Positions 23,460-31,874 of a stretch of DNA of 32,000 nt are shown piece after piece. The notes under the pieces were generated by a model. The model saw nothing but the letters and a program-made list of their open reading frames with translations, did not search any database and was not told the origin of the DNA. The first letter of the stretch is position 1. Each line of letters begins with the position of its first letter. The DNA comes from Promethearchaeum syntrophicum (GTDB lineage: Archaea; Asgardarchaeota; Lokiarchaeia; Sigyniarchaeales; Promethearchaeaceae), in assembly GCF_008000775.2 (NCBI RefSeq), contig NZ_CP042905.2, forward strand, positions 1,980,001 through 2,012,000, given 5' to 3'. A program made the position numbers and the translations under genes.

Positions 23460-24401
23460 CTATTTAGAATTATTCTTATTATTATTCCCATTATTACTCT
23501 TATTGGGAATTTCTTCTGATTTCTCAAAATTAAATAGATCTTCCAAGATTTTTTGATTTAACCCTAAGAGATTAGAAATTTCATCGCGAAATTCAGTAAG
23601 ATTGTCTACGTCTGTTTGAATTGATTTATATTTTTTATTCATTTCCTCAATATTTTTCTTTTTTTTCTCATATTCGCTATTTAAATTGTCGATGAAACCA
23701 CTAAATTTATCTAAAACCTGTTCATTGTATTTCATTATATTGTTTTTTAACAAAAACTGACTGCTGAAATTATCAAAGGTTCCTAATAATTCTTTAATTA
23801 ATGAGCCCATCGAAATGATAGTATCTTGTTTTTTATTGATTTCCCGCTTAAATAATTTGAATTTAACTTCCAAATCTTCATATTCGTTTTCCAATGAACT
23901 CTTTTTTTGCTCTAAATCTTCAATCTCTTCGCTTAGATTCGAGATATTTGTCCTTTGTATCTGTAGTTGTTCGTTTAAAACAGTAATCTCATTTTCTTTT
24001 TTTTCTAGAAGATTGTTTGCATGAGATACTTCAGATTTTTTTATTTCTATGCTATTTTTTACTGCTTTTCGCTCAGCTTGTAAGCTTTCCAGTTTTTTAC
24101 TTGTAGTTTTTTCTTCTTCCTTATTTTTTTTGATTGATGCATTCAATTGTTTGACTGTTTTTTTTAATTTTTGTTTTTCTGTTCTTAGTTCCTCTATATC
24201 ATTTGATTTTTCTTTTACCAGCTCATTTAGAACAATTAAATCGGTTTCTCGTTTTGAGTATTCTTTTTTTGATGAAGCTATTTTTTCTTCAAATTCTTTC
24301 TCTCTTATTTGAAGGGCATTAATTGTGAATTTTTTATCTCTAATTTCTTGAATATCGGAAGAATCGCCTTCAGTATCATCAATAGTAGTCTTTTCACTCA
24401 T
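23460..24401 (-). CDS. Coiled-coil protein (acidic head, long K/E-rich heptad rod, Asn-rich tail), function unknown
   Basis: 313-aa ORF. There is a continuous heptad-like K/E/L/I pattern over about 250 aa. The head is MSEKTTIDDTEGDSSDIQE and the tail is NKSNNGNNNKNNSK. It lies 25 nt upstream of the kinase gene on the same strand. Confidence 0.65.
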   Translation of the reverse strand: MSEKTTIDDTEGDSSDIQEIRDKKFTINALQIREKEFEEKIASSKKEYSKRETDLIVLNELVKEKSNDIEELRTEKQKLKKTVKQLNASIKKNKEEEKTTSKKLESLQAERKAVKNSIEIKKSEVSHANNLLEKKENEITVLNEQLQIQRTNISNLSEEIEDLEQKKSSLENEYEDLEVKFKLFKREINKKQDTIISMGSLIKELLGTFDNFSSQFLLKNNIMKYNEQVLDKFSGFIDNLNSEYEKKKKNIEEMNKKYKSIQTDVDNLTEFRDEISNLLGLNQKILEDLFNFEKSEEIPNKSNNGNNNKNNSK

Positions 24402-24506
24402 GTTTCTATTTCCTTGATATATCTATAGGACATTTATTTCATCATAAAAATAAACTTTATTATCTTAACTATTTTTTACAAAGTATTAATTTTTATCATC
24501 CTTTTA

Positions 24507-24526
24507 AAAATCTAAATTTAGATTTT
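24507..24526. promoter_or_regulatory. Perfect 20-bp palindrome in a divergent promoter region, candidate operator
   Basis: aaaatctaaatttagatttt is its own reverse complement (10/10 pairs checked by hand). It ends 27 nt upstream of the ATG at 24553 and sits in the 151-bp divergent intergenic region. Confidence 0.3.
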
Positions 24527-24552
24527 AAATTTAATCAAATACAGGGATTATT

Positions 24553-24987
24553 ATGAATTGGAAAACAACTTTAATCAAAAGTTTAGTCTATCGAGTAATC
24601 ACAATTACTTTAGGTTTATTAACTGCATTTATCATAACCGGAGATTTTGAGACAGCCTTAGGTTTATCTTTAATAACAGAATCCATTCAATCGCTTAATT
24701 ATTTTGGTTTTGAATCACTATGGGGCTATTTTTATGAAAAACGTATTAGAGAAGATATTAAAAAGGAGTTTAGAAAAAGAGAAATTGATTTGAAAGTATC
24801 AATCGAAATGATAATAGATATTACAAAAGGATTCTCAGAAGTGGATACCTTTAATCCAAAAATTTACAATTCCTTAATCAATTTTTTTGATAGCTCCATA
24901 ACTAATCGAAATTTAAAGGATTTTAATTCAGAATTAATAGAAGCAAAAAAAAATTTCGTTGCTTTAAATCAAGGAAGAGATTTTTAA
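24553..24987 (+). CDS. DUF2061-like membrane protein with a C-terminal soluble extension
   Basis: LIKSLVYRVITITLGLLTAFIITGDFETALGLSLITESIQSLNYFGFESLW resembles the two-helix DUF2061 consensus (KxxxYRxxxxxxxxxxxxxxTG...YxxHExxW). Confidence 0.6.
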   Translation: MNWKTTLIKSLVYRVITITLGLLTAFIITGDFETALGLSLITESIQSLNYFGFESLWGYFYEKRIREDIKKEFRKREIDLKVSIEMIIDITKGFSEVDTFNPKIYNSLINFFDSSITNRNLKDFNSELIEAKKNFVALNQGRDF

Positions 24988-25021
24988 GAAGTGCATCAAT
25001 CATGCTTATACATTGAAGATA

Positions 25022-25246
25022 TTAATCGGAGGCAGTTATTACTAATAGAATAATCCCAAAAATTATTCCCCCTCCCCCTATCCAAAAACAAACGGTAGTA
25101 AATGTCTGAATTGCGGCGGGAAGTGGATCATAAATCATATGTAGCGAAGAATTGCTCCAAAATGATAAAAGTAGCCATGTCAAAGATCCAACAAACAAAT
25201 ATATTACATGTTCTAATTCTAGCTCCCAATCCCAGATGTTGGTCAT
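25022..25246 (-). CDS. Small two-TM membrane protein (74 aa), hypothetical
   Basis: Two hydrophobic helices (VIYLFVGSLTWLLLSFW and FWIGGGGIIFGIILLVI). It lies 65 nt downstream of, and on the same strand as, the dolichol-kinase-like gene. No homology recognised. Confidence 0.4.
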   Translation of the reverse strand: MTNIWDWELELEHVIYLFVGSLTWLLLSFWSNSSLHMIYDPLPAAIQTFTTVCFWIGGGGIIFGIILLVITASD

Positions 25247-25311
25247 GAAATAAACCTCTAAATTTCTATTGTTTTTAGTATAAAAAAGATTTTGTAATAT
25301 TCTTATATATT

Positions 25312-26520
25312 TTAAATATGGATTAATGGACTATAAGGAATTCCCAAAGCGGTTAAAAGAACGAAAACTAAGGAAATCATTATCGGCATTAAAATATTAT
25401 CTGAAATCTCTAAGGGTTTTGGCGTAATTAAATCAGAAAGGACAAAAACAACTATACTGCCAACTAACGCATATATCCACCCTACAAAAATAATCATTGT
25501 TCCGAAGGCAATTATCATTCCTGCAATAGTGCCTTCAATCGATTTCCCATTCCAAAAATATCTCCTATGTCCAAATTTCATCCCAATTATACTTGCTATC
25601 GGGTCTGCGAAGGATCCTAAGCACATTGCAGCTAAAAACGGAAATGGAGGTAAAATCCATGCGGCTATAAAGTAGCCCGTTGCAAAATGTGTGTAGGATC
25701 CAAACGTATTCTTTTCCTTTTCGCGCATGATTGACTGTACTTTTTTTTGAAATAGAAAAAATATATGACCCGATAATCGGGTAAGCTCGATAGTGAACAT
25801 AAATATAACCATACCATACATAAATATGATTATCGTGCTTTGTCCCATAGGGGGTGTTTTTCTTATAAAAATATTTTCAATGAAGCTGGTTCCATCTGTG
25901 TATTCAAAATAACCCTCTAAAAGTTGTTGATAATGTTCAACCCATAAGTCTCCGTTAACTTGCGTAACTAAATATTGTCTTATTGCAAATAAAATAGAAA
26001 TAACTAAAATAAAAACAAACACATGCCAAAATTTCCGTCTGTAATCGATTTTTTGCTTAATTTCTCCTGAAATTTCAAGCGTATTCACAACAGGCTCTCT
26101 AATAATTTCGACTTTTTTTGCACCCCGAGAGTATTGGATAATATTCACAATAATCCCAATAAGAAGATAGGACACAGGAATTGCAGATAAAATAATAGCC
26201 GGATGATCTTGTTTCCTGAGAGTCCATTGAAATCCAACCCGAATATAAATTAGAAAAATAACAATGATAAGAATAATGGCCATAATTACTAAATTTAAAG
26301 GTTCACCATAAGTAGATTCAAAACCATGATTTGTCTTCGTTTTTTCTCTATTCTTAAAATTAATAATCATAGATTGAATCCCTTTTGTCAATAATGCAAT
26401 AAAAGTTATCAATAATGAACTATAAACAATAATCTGCATAAAAACAACAATTAAGACTGCCATAATTCCACCTATTAAAAAATTGAACAATTTAAATTGA
26501 AAATACTTTTTATAAATCAT
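25312..26520 (-). CDS. Polytopic membrane protein with a C-terminal dolichol/polyprenol-kinase-like domain (CTP-dependent, Sec59/VTE5/CdsA superfamily)
   Basis: SFADPIASIIGMKFGHRRYFWNGKSIEGTIAGMIIAFG matches the DxxAxxxGxxFGxxK...KSxEGS motif block of that superfamily. There are about 10 hydrophobic helices. Confidence 0.55.
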   Translation of the reverse strand: MIYKKYFQFKLFNFLIGGIMAVLIVVFMQIIVYSSLLITFIALLTKGIQSMIINFKNREKTKTNHGFESTYGEPLNLVIMAIILIIVIFLIYIRVGFQWTLRKQDHPAIILSAIPVSYLLIGIIVNIIQYSRGAKKVEIIREPVVNTLEISGEIKQKIDYRRKFWHVFVFILVISILFAIRQYLVTQVNGDLWVEHYQQLLEGYFEYTDGTSFIENIFIRKTPPMGQSTIIIFMYGMVIFMFTIELTRLSGHIFFLFQKKVQSIMREKEKNTFGSYTHFATGYFIAAWILPPFPFLAAMCLGSFADPIASIIGMKFGHRRYFWNGKSIEGTIAGMIIAFGTMIIFVGWIYALVGSIVVFVLSDLITPKPLEISDNILMPIMISLVFVLLTALGIPYSPLIHI

Positions 26521-26573
26521 AATATTTTTTATAAATCATAAATATTTTCATAAGTATATAGGAGAAAGTAAAG

Positions 26574-26861
26574 ATGACTGAAGAAAATGAGAAAAATTCT
26601 CTGGAAAAATTAAATAAAGCTTTTTTAGATTTTACTGAAAGTGTGTTCGGAGAATCTGGACGTGAATTCATAGAAAAAACCCAAACCCAAGTAAATGAAT
26701 TTAATGTTGCAGCTATTAAGGCTTTTGTTGAATTTGGAGATCAAATTCTTGAAAATACTCAATTAGGTGAAAATGAAATGGTCCAAAAATCGTCTAATAC
26801 CGTTAAAGATCTATTACGACAATATAATCTGTTAGAAGAAGAATCTGAAGAAGATTTTTAA
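26574..26861 (+). CDS. Small acidic helical protein (95 aa), hypothetical
   Basis: ATG-started ORF 53 nt from the divergent neighbour, with a strongly acidic C-terminus (LLEEESEEDF). No motif recognised. Confidence 0.45.
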   Translation: MTEENEKNSLEKLNKAFLDFTESVFGESGREFIEKTQTQVNEFNVAAIKAFVEFGDQILENTQLGENEMVQKSSNTVKDLLRQYNLLEEESEEDF

Positions 26862-26872
26862 AAAAAAATTAA

Positions 26873-27292
26873 TTACCATCCTTTTAAGTCATTAAATTTA
26901 AGCTCAATGATACGATCTATCATTTTGCCAAGCTGTTGGGTTTCGGGTGCTCGATCTTTAAATGATTGTTTTGCTTCCATGAATATTGTTGTAGCCAGCT
27001 GTCGTAATTGCTTCATTTTCTGTTCTCCATGATAGAAAAACACAAAGAATATCTGTTTTTTTATTGAAAAAAATTCCTTGGATATGACAATAATTTTGCT
27101 TGTATTTTTGGGTTGAACATTTTCTCCAAAAGTAATGGTTGCTATATCCTGTCTGAATAGAGTTTTTCCTATGGTCCCTACCGCGGATAGTAATCCACTT
27201 AATAGAGCTGCATCTATCCCCTCAAAATCGAATTCTCGGGAATAGAAGGGAATCCCCGAATCATCACTTATTAACAAACACTTTAATGGCAT
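26873..27292 (-). CDS. Standalone longin/roadblock-like domain protein (139 aa)
   Basis: The protein begins directly with a beta-strand: CLLISDDSGI, PFYSREF, helix DAALLSGLLSAVGTIGKTLF, strands IATITFG, KIIVISKEF, IFFVFFYHG, then C-terminal helices. This is a longin-type order. It is paralogous by eye to the tail domain of the giant protein. Confidence 0.55.
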   Translation of the reverse strand: MPLKCLLISDDSGIPFYSREFDFEGIDAALLSGLLSAVGTIGKTLFRQDIATITFGENVQPKNTSKIIVISKEFFSIKKQIFFVFFYHGEQKMKQLRQLATTIFMEAKQSFKDRAPETQQLGKMIDRIIELKFNDLKGW

Positions 27293-27497
27293 TTTTGTAT
27301 GTCTTCTTTTTATTATGTGTATTAAAATTGGTTTCCTTATTTTTAAATTTATTACTATAGTATAGTGTTTTACTTAATTGCCTAAATATACTCCTATCTT
27401 TTTTGAACTCTCGAATAAGTGTGGGTTAACTCGACAAAATTGAACTTCATAATTTAACCCATAATTATTTATACATTATTGTTTATTATTCTCTCTA

Positions 27498-28526
27498 ATG
27501 ACATTTAATTCTAACACCGCTTATCTTCAAAATTGGGAAAACTTCTCTTTACTTGGTAACTTGATGAAAAAATACTCCTTAGCAAGCTTGATTTCAATAG
27601 GAGTATCTATTATCGGTAGTATTATCACTTTCATTGTATTTTTAATACCAATGATTGCAATTGATTACGATTCAGTTGATGCCATCTATGCAGCCACAAT
27701 AGGAATGGGTGGAGTCGCCATATTTTTTACTGCAATTGTTGGTTTAATTTCAATTTATCGGTTTGTAACGCATATCCAATTTCTAATACAATTAAAGAAT
27801 GCAAGTCAATCTACAGGAGATTTAAACCTAAATAAAGTTTATAAAATGGATTTATGGTCAATCATTGCTTCAGGATTGACCCTTCTTATAATGATAATTG
27901 GTGTAATTATCCTTTCTTTTCTAATAACTTCGATAGGTGATATGGACCCTTATTCAGCTATGAGTCTCTACTTTTTATCTCTCTTGGGATTTTTATTTGT
28001 AATATTAATTGCTTTTGCTATAACAATAGTTTTTCAAATCCTATCCGTTGTTGCTTTCGAAAAATGGGGTCAAAATATTAAAGCAACCAACTTTCGGAAC
28101 CGGAATGCAATAAATCTTGTAGACGGAATCAATTTCATGAAATTTGGTAAAATTATCTTAATTGCTGCAGCTCCAATTTCAATTATTTTTTCATATATGG
28201 GCATTATTGCTTTTTTGGGTGGAACGGTTATGTTTCAAATCGGTGTCATGAAAACAGGTAAAAACATTGTTGAGTTTTTTGATGGATACGGAAATTACAT
28301 TTCAACTCAAGGTACTGCGTCTCCACAAATCTCAAATATAAACACTATACAACAACCCATGGAAACGAGACCTAATCCTACCTTAAACCCTAATTCTTTT
28401 GGAAATCCATCATCAGGAAACACAACTATAAAACCACAAGCCCAAGAATTCTGTCCATTTTGCGGTTCAACAGTAGAAGATAGAAATACCATATTCTGTG
28501 CAAACTGCGGGAGGAAATTGGTTTAA
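27498..28526 (+). CDS. Polytopic membrane protein with a P/N/S/T-rich linker and a C-terminal zinc ribbon
   Basis: About 6 hydrophobic helices, then a linker ASPQISNINTIQQPMETRPNPTLNPNSFGNPSSGNTT, then CPFCGSTVEDRNTIFCANCGRKL (CxxC-x11-CxxC). Confidence 0.7.
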   Translation: MTFNSNTAYLQNWENFSLLGNLMKKYSLASLISIGVSIIGSIITFIVFLIPMIAIDYDSVDAIYAATIGMGGVAIFFTAIVGLISIYRFVTHIQFLIQLKNASQSTGDLNLNKVYKMDLWSIIASGLTLLIMIIGVIILSFLITSIGDMDPYSAMSLYFLSLLGFLFVILIAFAITIVFQILSVVAFEKWGQNIKATNFRNRNAINLVDGINFMKFGKIILIAAAPISIIFSYMGIIAFLGGTVMFQIGVMKTGKNIVEFFDGYGNYISTQGTASPQISNINTIQQPMETRPNPTLNPNSFGNPSSGNTTIKPQAQEFCPFCGSTVEDRNTIFCANCGRKLV

Positions 28527-28578
28527 TCTTTTTTTTTTTATATTTTTTATATCGAGAACTTTTTATGGTAGAGTTAAA

Positions 28579-29808
28579 ATGGGTCGAAATTATAATTATA
28601 GGAACACAATTCAGAATATTTTCCAAGAGAAAAACCTACAAAGGATAATTTTAGATATTCTTGATGAATTATTTAAAATAACCAAGACGGAAATGCCAGA
28701 ATTCTTAGGAAAGAAATATTGGAATTCAGTGTTAAAATTCAACATATCGCGAGAAAAAGATATCCCAAAAGGACTACATTTCGAAATAAATATAAACGCC
28801 CGTAAAAAACTGGGGGATCAAAAATATAATCTAATAATTGCCCAAATCCAACCCTTTGCAGAAAAACTCATGGAAAATTTACCAACAATTACTAATATTC
28901 AATCATGTGTGAATATCACACCCGCTTTAAATTTTACACCAAATCTAAAATCCTTAAAGATAAATTTTTGCCCAACTTTATCAGAAATTCCACCTAATAT
29001 CGAGTTATTGTCCAATCTGCAGACTTTATTTATTTCATGTTGCCCGAAATTTTTAAATTTACCCGATTGCCTTCCAAATCTGCCAGAATTAAACACAATC
29101 ATTTTGGAAGATCTACCAAAACTTATTTCTCTTCCCTCATCACTGGCACAAATCCCAAAACTATCTCTTATTCAAATATATGAGTGTAATAATCTTCAAT
29201 CCCTTCCCTCATCACTATCAAAAATCCCGTGGCTTAAATTGAATATGAATTATTGCGATCACTTCAAATTTGCTTATGATTTCCCAAAATCACTATGGAA
29301 TTCAATTCACATCAAATATTGTCACTCTGAGGAAACTTATTTATCTCCCGAATACGCTAAATTTAGAACAGATATAGAGACTTTTAGAGATAGTTGTGAA
29401 CGAGGTCGACCTTTACATAATGATGAACGGGATCAGAAATTATCTTGGCAAAAAGTCGAATTGTGGCTTCCAAATATTCCCTCATCAGCATTTGAAGAAC
29501 TCAAATATTGCATTGCCTACATAGTTCAAGTTCTTGGAGATGAAATACATCCCCCCAATTCAGGTCAATTAAGGGGTACATATCCCAATTATTGGAAAGA
29601 TTTCCTACCTAATATTTCATTTTTCGATGAAGATTTCTGGAAAAAACATGGTTATATGTCTCAATCTGTAATTCAAATGCTCGAAAATTGGGTAATTTAT
29701 TATCGATCCAGACCTAAATTGCAGCATTTTTTAATGAATATTATATCTGAAGAAAGAGGATTTTTTAATGTTCATATTAATGACCGCAATATAAATCTGT
29801 TAAAATAA
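28579..29808 (+). CDS. Leucine-rich-repeat protein (Cys-containing LRR type) with an unknown C-terminal domain of about 170 aa
   Basis: LRRs lie at about 28876-29329: LKSLKINFCPTLSEIPPNIELLSNLQTLFISCCPKFLNLPDCLPNLPELNTIILEDLPKLISLPSSLAQIPKLSLIQIYECNNLQSLPSSL. The ATG at 28579 (MGRNYNY) is preferred; the track start at 28498 lies inside the previous gene and a poly-T tract. Confidence 0.75.
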   Translation: MGRNYNYRNTIQNIFQEKNLQRIILDILDELFKITKTEMPEFLGKKYWNSVLKFNISREKDIPKGLHFEININARKKLGDQKYNLIIAQIQPFAEKLMENLPTITNIQSCVNITPALNFTPNLKSLKINFCPTLSEIPPNIELLSNLQTLFISCCPKFLNLPDCLPNLPELNTIILEDLPKLISLPSSLAQIPKLSLIQIYECNNLQSLPSSLSKIPWLKLNMNYCDHFKFAYDFPKSLWNSIHIKYCHSEETYLSPEYAKFRTDIETFRDSCERGRPLHNDERDQKLSWQKVELWLPNIPSSAFEELKYCIAYIVQVLGDEIHPPNSGQLRGTYPNYWKDFLPNISFFDEDFWKKHGYMSQSVIQMLENWVIYYRSRPKLQHFLMNIISEERGFFNVHINDRNINLLK

Positions 29809-29993
29809 AGTTTGACATTCATGATATGTTCCCGCCGATGGGATGCAACTCCTTGGGATTTGTAAAAGCGTTTTTTGTTCTTCTTGGATCATCGCTAATT
29901 TTTGGATGGTCAATTTTTTTATTTTCCAATTCTATTAGTTTATTAAATTAGTTAGAAATAAATATATAATAAAATCAAAATGGCGGGATAAAA

Positions 29994-31133
29994 ATGAGTC
30001 AAATCTTAAATGAAAATGATAGGAAGACGTTGAATTCTCTCGGTTCTCCCGTTTCTTCTCAAGAAATTAAGGAAGACAACTTATATTTAAGCTATTATAT
30101 TGAGAACGGGGATGTAGATACAATTATTCTTTGGGGCACATTTGTAAAACCCAACACTGCTTTCGGACATTTTCAATTAAGAGGTAGAAAAAAGCCCAAC
30201 CATATTCGTTTAACATCTTATGATAACACTGAAATACTAAAATTATTAACATGTTTCCATCATTTGGGCTCTCTTCATTTCTTTTTTTTCTTCGAATCAA
30301 CAGACTCACTTGAACTAATTGGAAATCTTAAATATCTTAGGAAATTATCGATCACAAACGATAATTCAATAAAATTACCCAATTCTTTAGAAAAACTTTC
30401 TAATCTCACTGATTTGGCAATTACAATTACAGAAAAGCCTTTTCCTTTTTCGGATTCACTAAAAAATCTCCAGAATCTTGAGAAATTTCATATCGGCACC
30501 GATCTCAAAAAATTTCCAGAATTCGTTTTGAATTTTAAAAAATTAAAATCCCTAAGCTTAGCATCAAATTCATTACTTTATATTCCTCCTTCCATAGGTG
30601 ATCTCCGAAATCTCCAAAAATTGAACTTATACAATAATAAAATATCATCGCTCCCACACACTATCGAAAACTTGCAGAATCTCACTCACATTAACATCGC
30701 ACGGAATAATTTTACCACAATTCCCGAATATATTAAAAACCTAAAAAATCTCAAATCGATCGATATAGACAAAAATCCGTTTGTTTCTCTTGAATCATTT
30801 AAATTTCTTTATTCCAATCGTAAATTAATTATAAATGGTAAACAGTCCATCGGTAGTCTCAATATTCCAAAAAAGATAAAAAATTTGTGGTTTGATGGAA
30901 AATATGATGAAATAATGCAATATTATACCCCTCCCATTACTGAAATAGCTCAAAAATATGCTCAAGATCCTAAATCTCTCACTGGTCTTGAATTTGAACG
31001 TCTGGAAACTGAAGCTACGAACGAGGTGCGCGATATTTTAGAACTATCCTTGCCTAAAGACGACTCAATGTTAAAAATTATAAATGATAAATTAAAATTT
31101 GGCTTAAGAAATGGCCTAAAATTAATGAGATGA
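29994..31133 (+). CDS. Leucine-rich-repeat protein (typical 23-residue LxxLxLxxNxLxxLPxxI repeats, ROCO/Shoc2-like LRR class)
   Basis: LRRs lie at about 30306-30789: LKSLSLASNSLLYIPPSIGDLRNLQKLNLYNNKISSLPHTIENLQNLTHINIARNNFTTIPEYIKNLKNLKSIDIDKNPF. Confidence 0.85.
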   Translation: MSQILNENDRKTLNSLGSPVSSQEIKEDNLYLSYYIENGDVDTIILWGTFVKPNTAFGHFQLRGRKKPNHIRLTSYDNTEILKLLTCFHHLGSLHFFFFFESTDSLELIGNLKYLRKLSITNDNSIKLPNSLEKLSNLTDLAITITEKPFPFSDSLKNLQNLEKFHIGTDLKKFPEFVLNFKKLKSLSLASNSLLYIPPSIGDLRNLQKLNLYNNKISSLPHTIENLQNLTHINIARNNFTTIPEYIKNLKNLKSIDIDKNPFVSLESFKFLYSNRKLIINGKQSIGSLNIPKKIKNLWFDGKYDEIMQYYTPPITEIAQKYAQDPKSLTGLEFERLETEATNEVRDILELSLPKDDSMLKIINDKLKFGLRNGLKLMR

Positions 31134-31163
31134 CTACTACTAAAATCTTTCAAAATAATTAAC

Positions 31164-31186
31164 AAAAAAAAAAAATTTAAAAAACT
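31164..31186 (-). terminator. Oligo-T tract (T12 on the minus strand) downstream of the SCP2-like gene
   Basis: The plus strand has an A12 run at 31164-31175 followed by tttaaaaaa, about 25 nt beyond the minus-strand stop at 31201-31203. Confidence 0.4.
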
Positions 31187-31200
31187 AATATTGCTGGAAC

Positions 31201-31719
31201 TTAATCTACTTCGCGTTCAATATAATCAAAGAAATCATAAATCCATGCCCGAGGTTTCGAGGCTAACTTCAAACTACCGTCAACCTTGCAATCTCCACTG
31301 AAGAACTCTGCGTCTGTGTTTGGATTACCTTTCATTATTTTTAATTGACAGGCAGGGGTCCAATCCATCCAGATTACATGCTTAACTGGTTGAACCGCTG
31401 CTGGATCATATGTTCCTGTATACATTGCGAGTTTTTGTTCTTCCGGAGTGAATTTAAGGATAAATTTCTTTTCACTACCCCGAACTTCAATAAAATAAGC
31501 AAGAGATTCATATTCTTCGAGATCACTTTCTAAATTTTCCCAATATTCCTGTTTATCTTCATCATCTGATTTTTTAGATGCAAGTGCTGCACCTACAATA
31601 GCTTTGAAGAATACTTCGGCATCTAAAGTCCCGTCGAATGTTCCGGTATCGAATTTTTTCACATATTCATCGATAGCGCTTATCATTTCTTCTGGTGTAA
31701 ACCATTTAGTAATTTCCAT
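31201..31719 (-). CDS. SCP2 (sterol-carrier-protein-2)-like lipid-binding fold protein, tentative
   Basis: The C-terminal block VIWMDWTPACQLKIMKGNPNTDAEFFSGDCKVDGSLKLASKPRAWIYDFF resembles the SCP2 consensus end (..f..l..Gklnp..Af..GklkieGd..la.kl..lf). Confidence 0.45.
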   Translation of the reverse strand: MEITKWFTPEEMISAIDEYVKKFDTGTFDGTLDAEVFFKAIVGAALASKKSDDEDKQEYWENLESDLEEYESLAYFIEVRGSEKKFILKFTPEEQKLAMYTGTYDPAAVQPVKHVIWMDWTPACQLKIMKGNPNTDAEFFSGDCKVDGSLKLASKPRAWIYDFFDYIEREVD

Positions 31720-31874
31720 TTTTTAAGATCACCTTGTAATAAAATAGATTTTAACCTATTTAGGTTGTTTGAAAAATATGCGGTAGCGTATAAAAAGCTT
31801 TTTTTCAGAATCCCATAGGAAAGAGTAAAAAGTTTAAAATATCGAGAAAGGGTAGAAAAAAAATCTAGAATGAA

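Noticed and set aside
23815-24312. Two plus-strand ORFs (23815-24024 and 24049-24312) antisense to the coiled-coil gene
   Set aside because: The antisense strand of a K/E-rich coiled coil gives F/S/L-rich pseudo-ORFs. No start context or motif is present.
28498-28578. N-terminal extension of the first LRR protein from the ATG at 28498
   Set aside because: This would overlap the zinc-ribbon codons of the previous gene and translate a poly-T tract (FNLFFFIFFISRTF). The ATG at 28579 gives a clean 52-nt intergenic spacer.
28307-31533. Small ORFs 28307-28492(-), 28426-28626(-), 28899-29102(-), 30124-30309(-), 30962-31165(-) and 31345-31533(+)
   Set aside because: They are antisense to or overlap the Zn-ribbon, LRR and SCP2-like genes, and no features support them.
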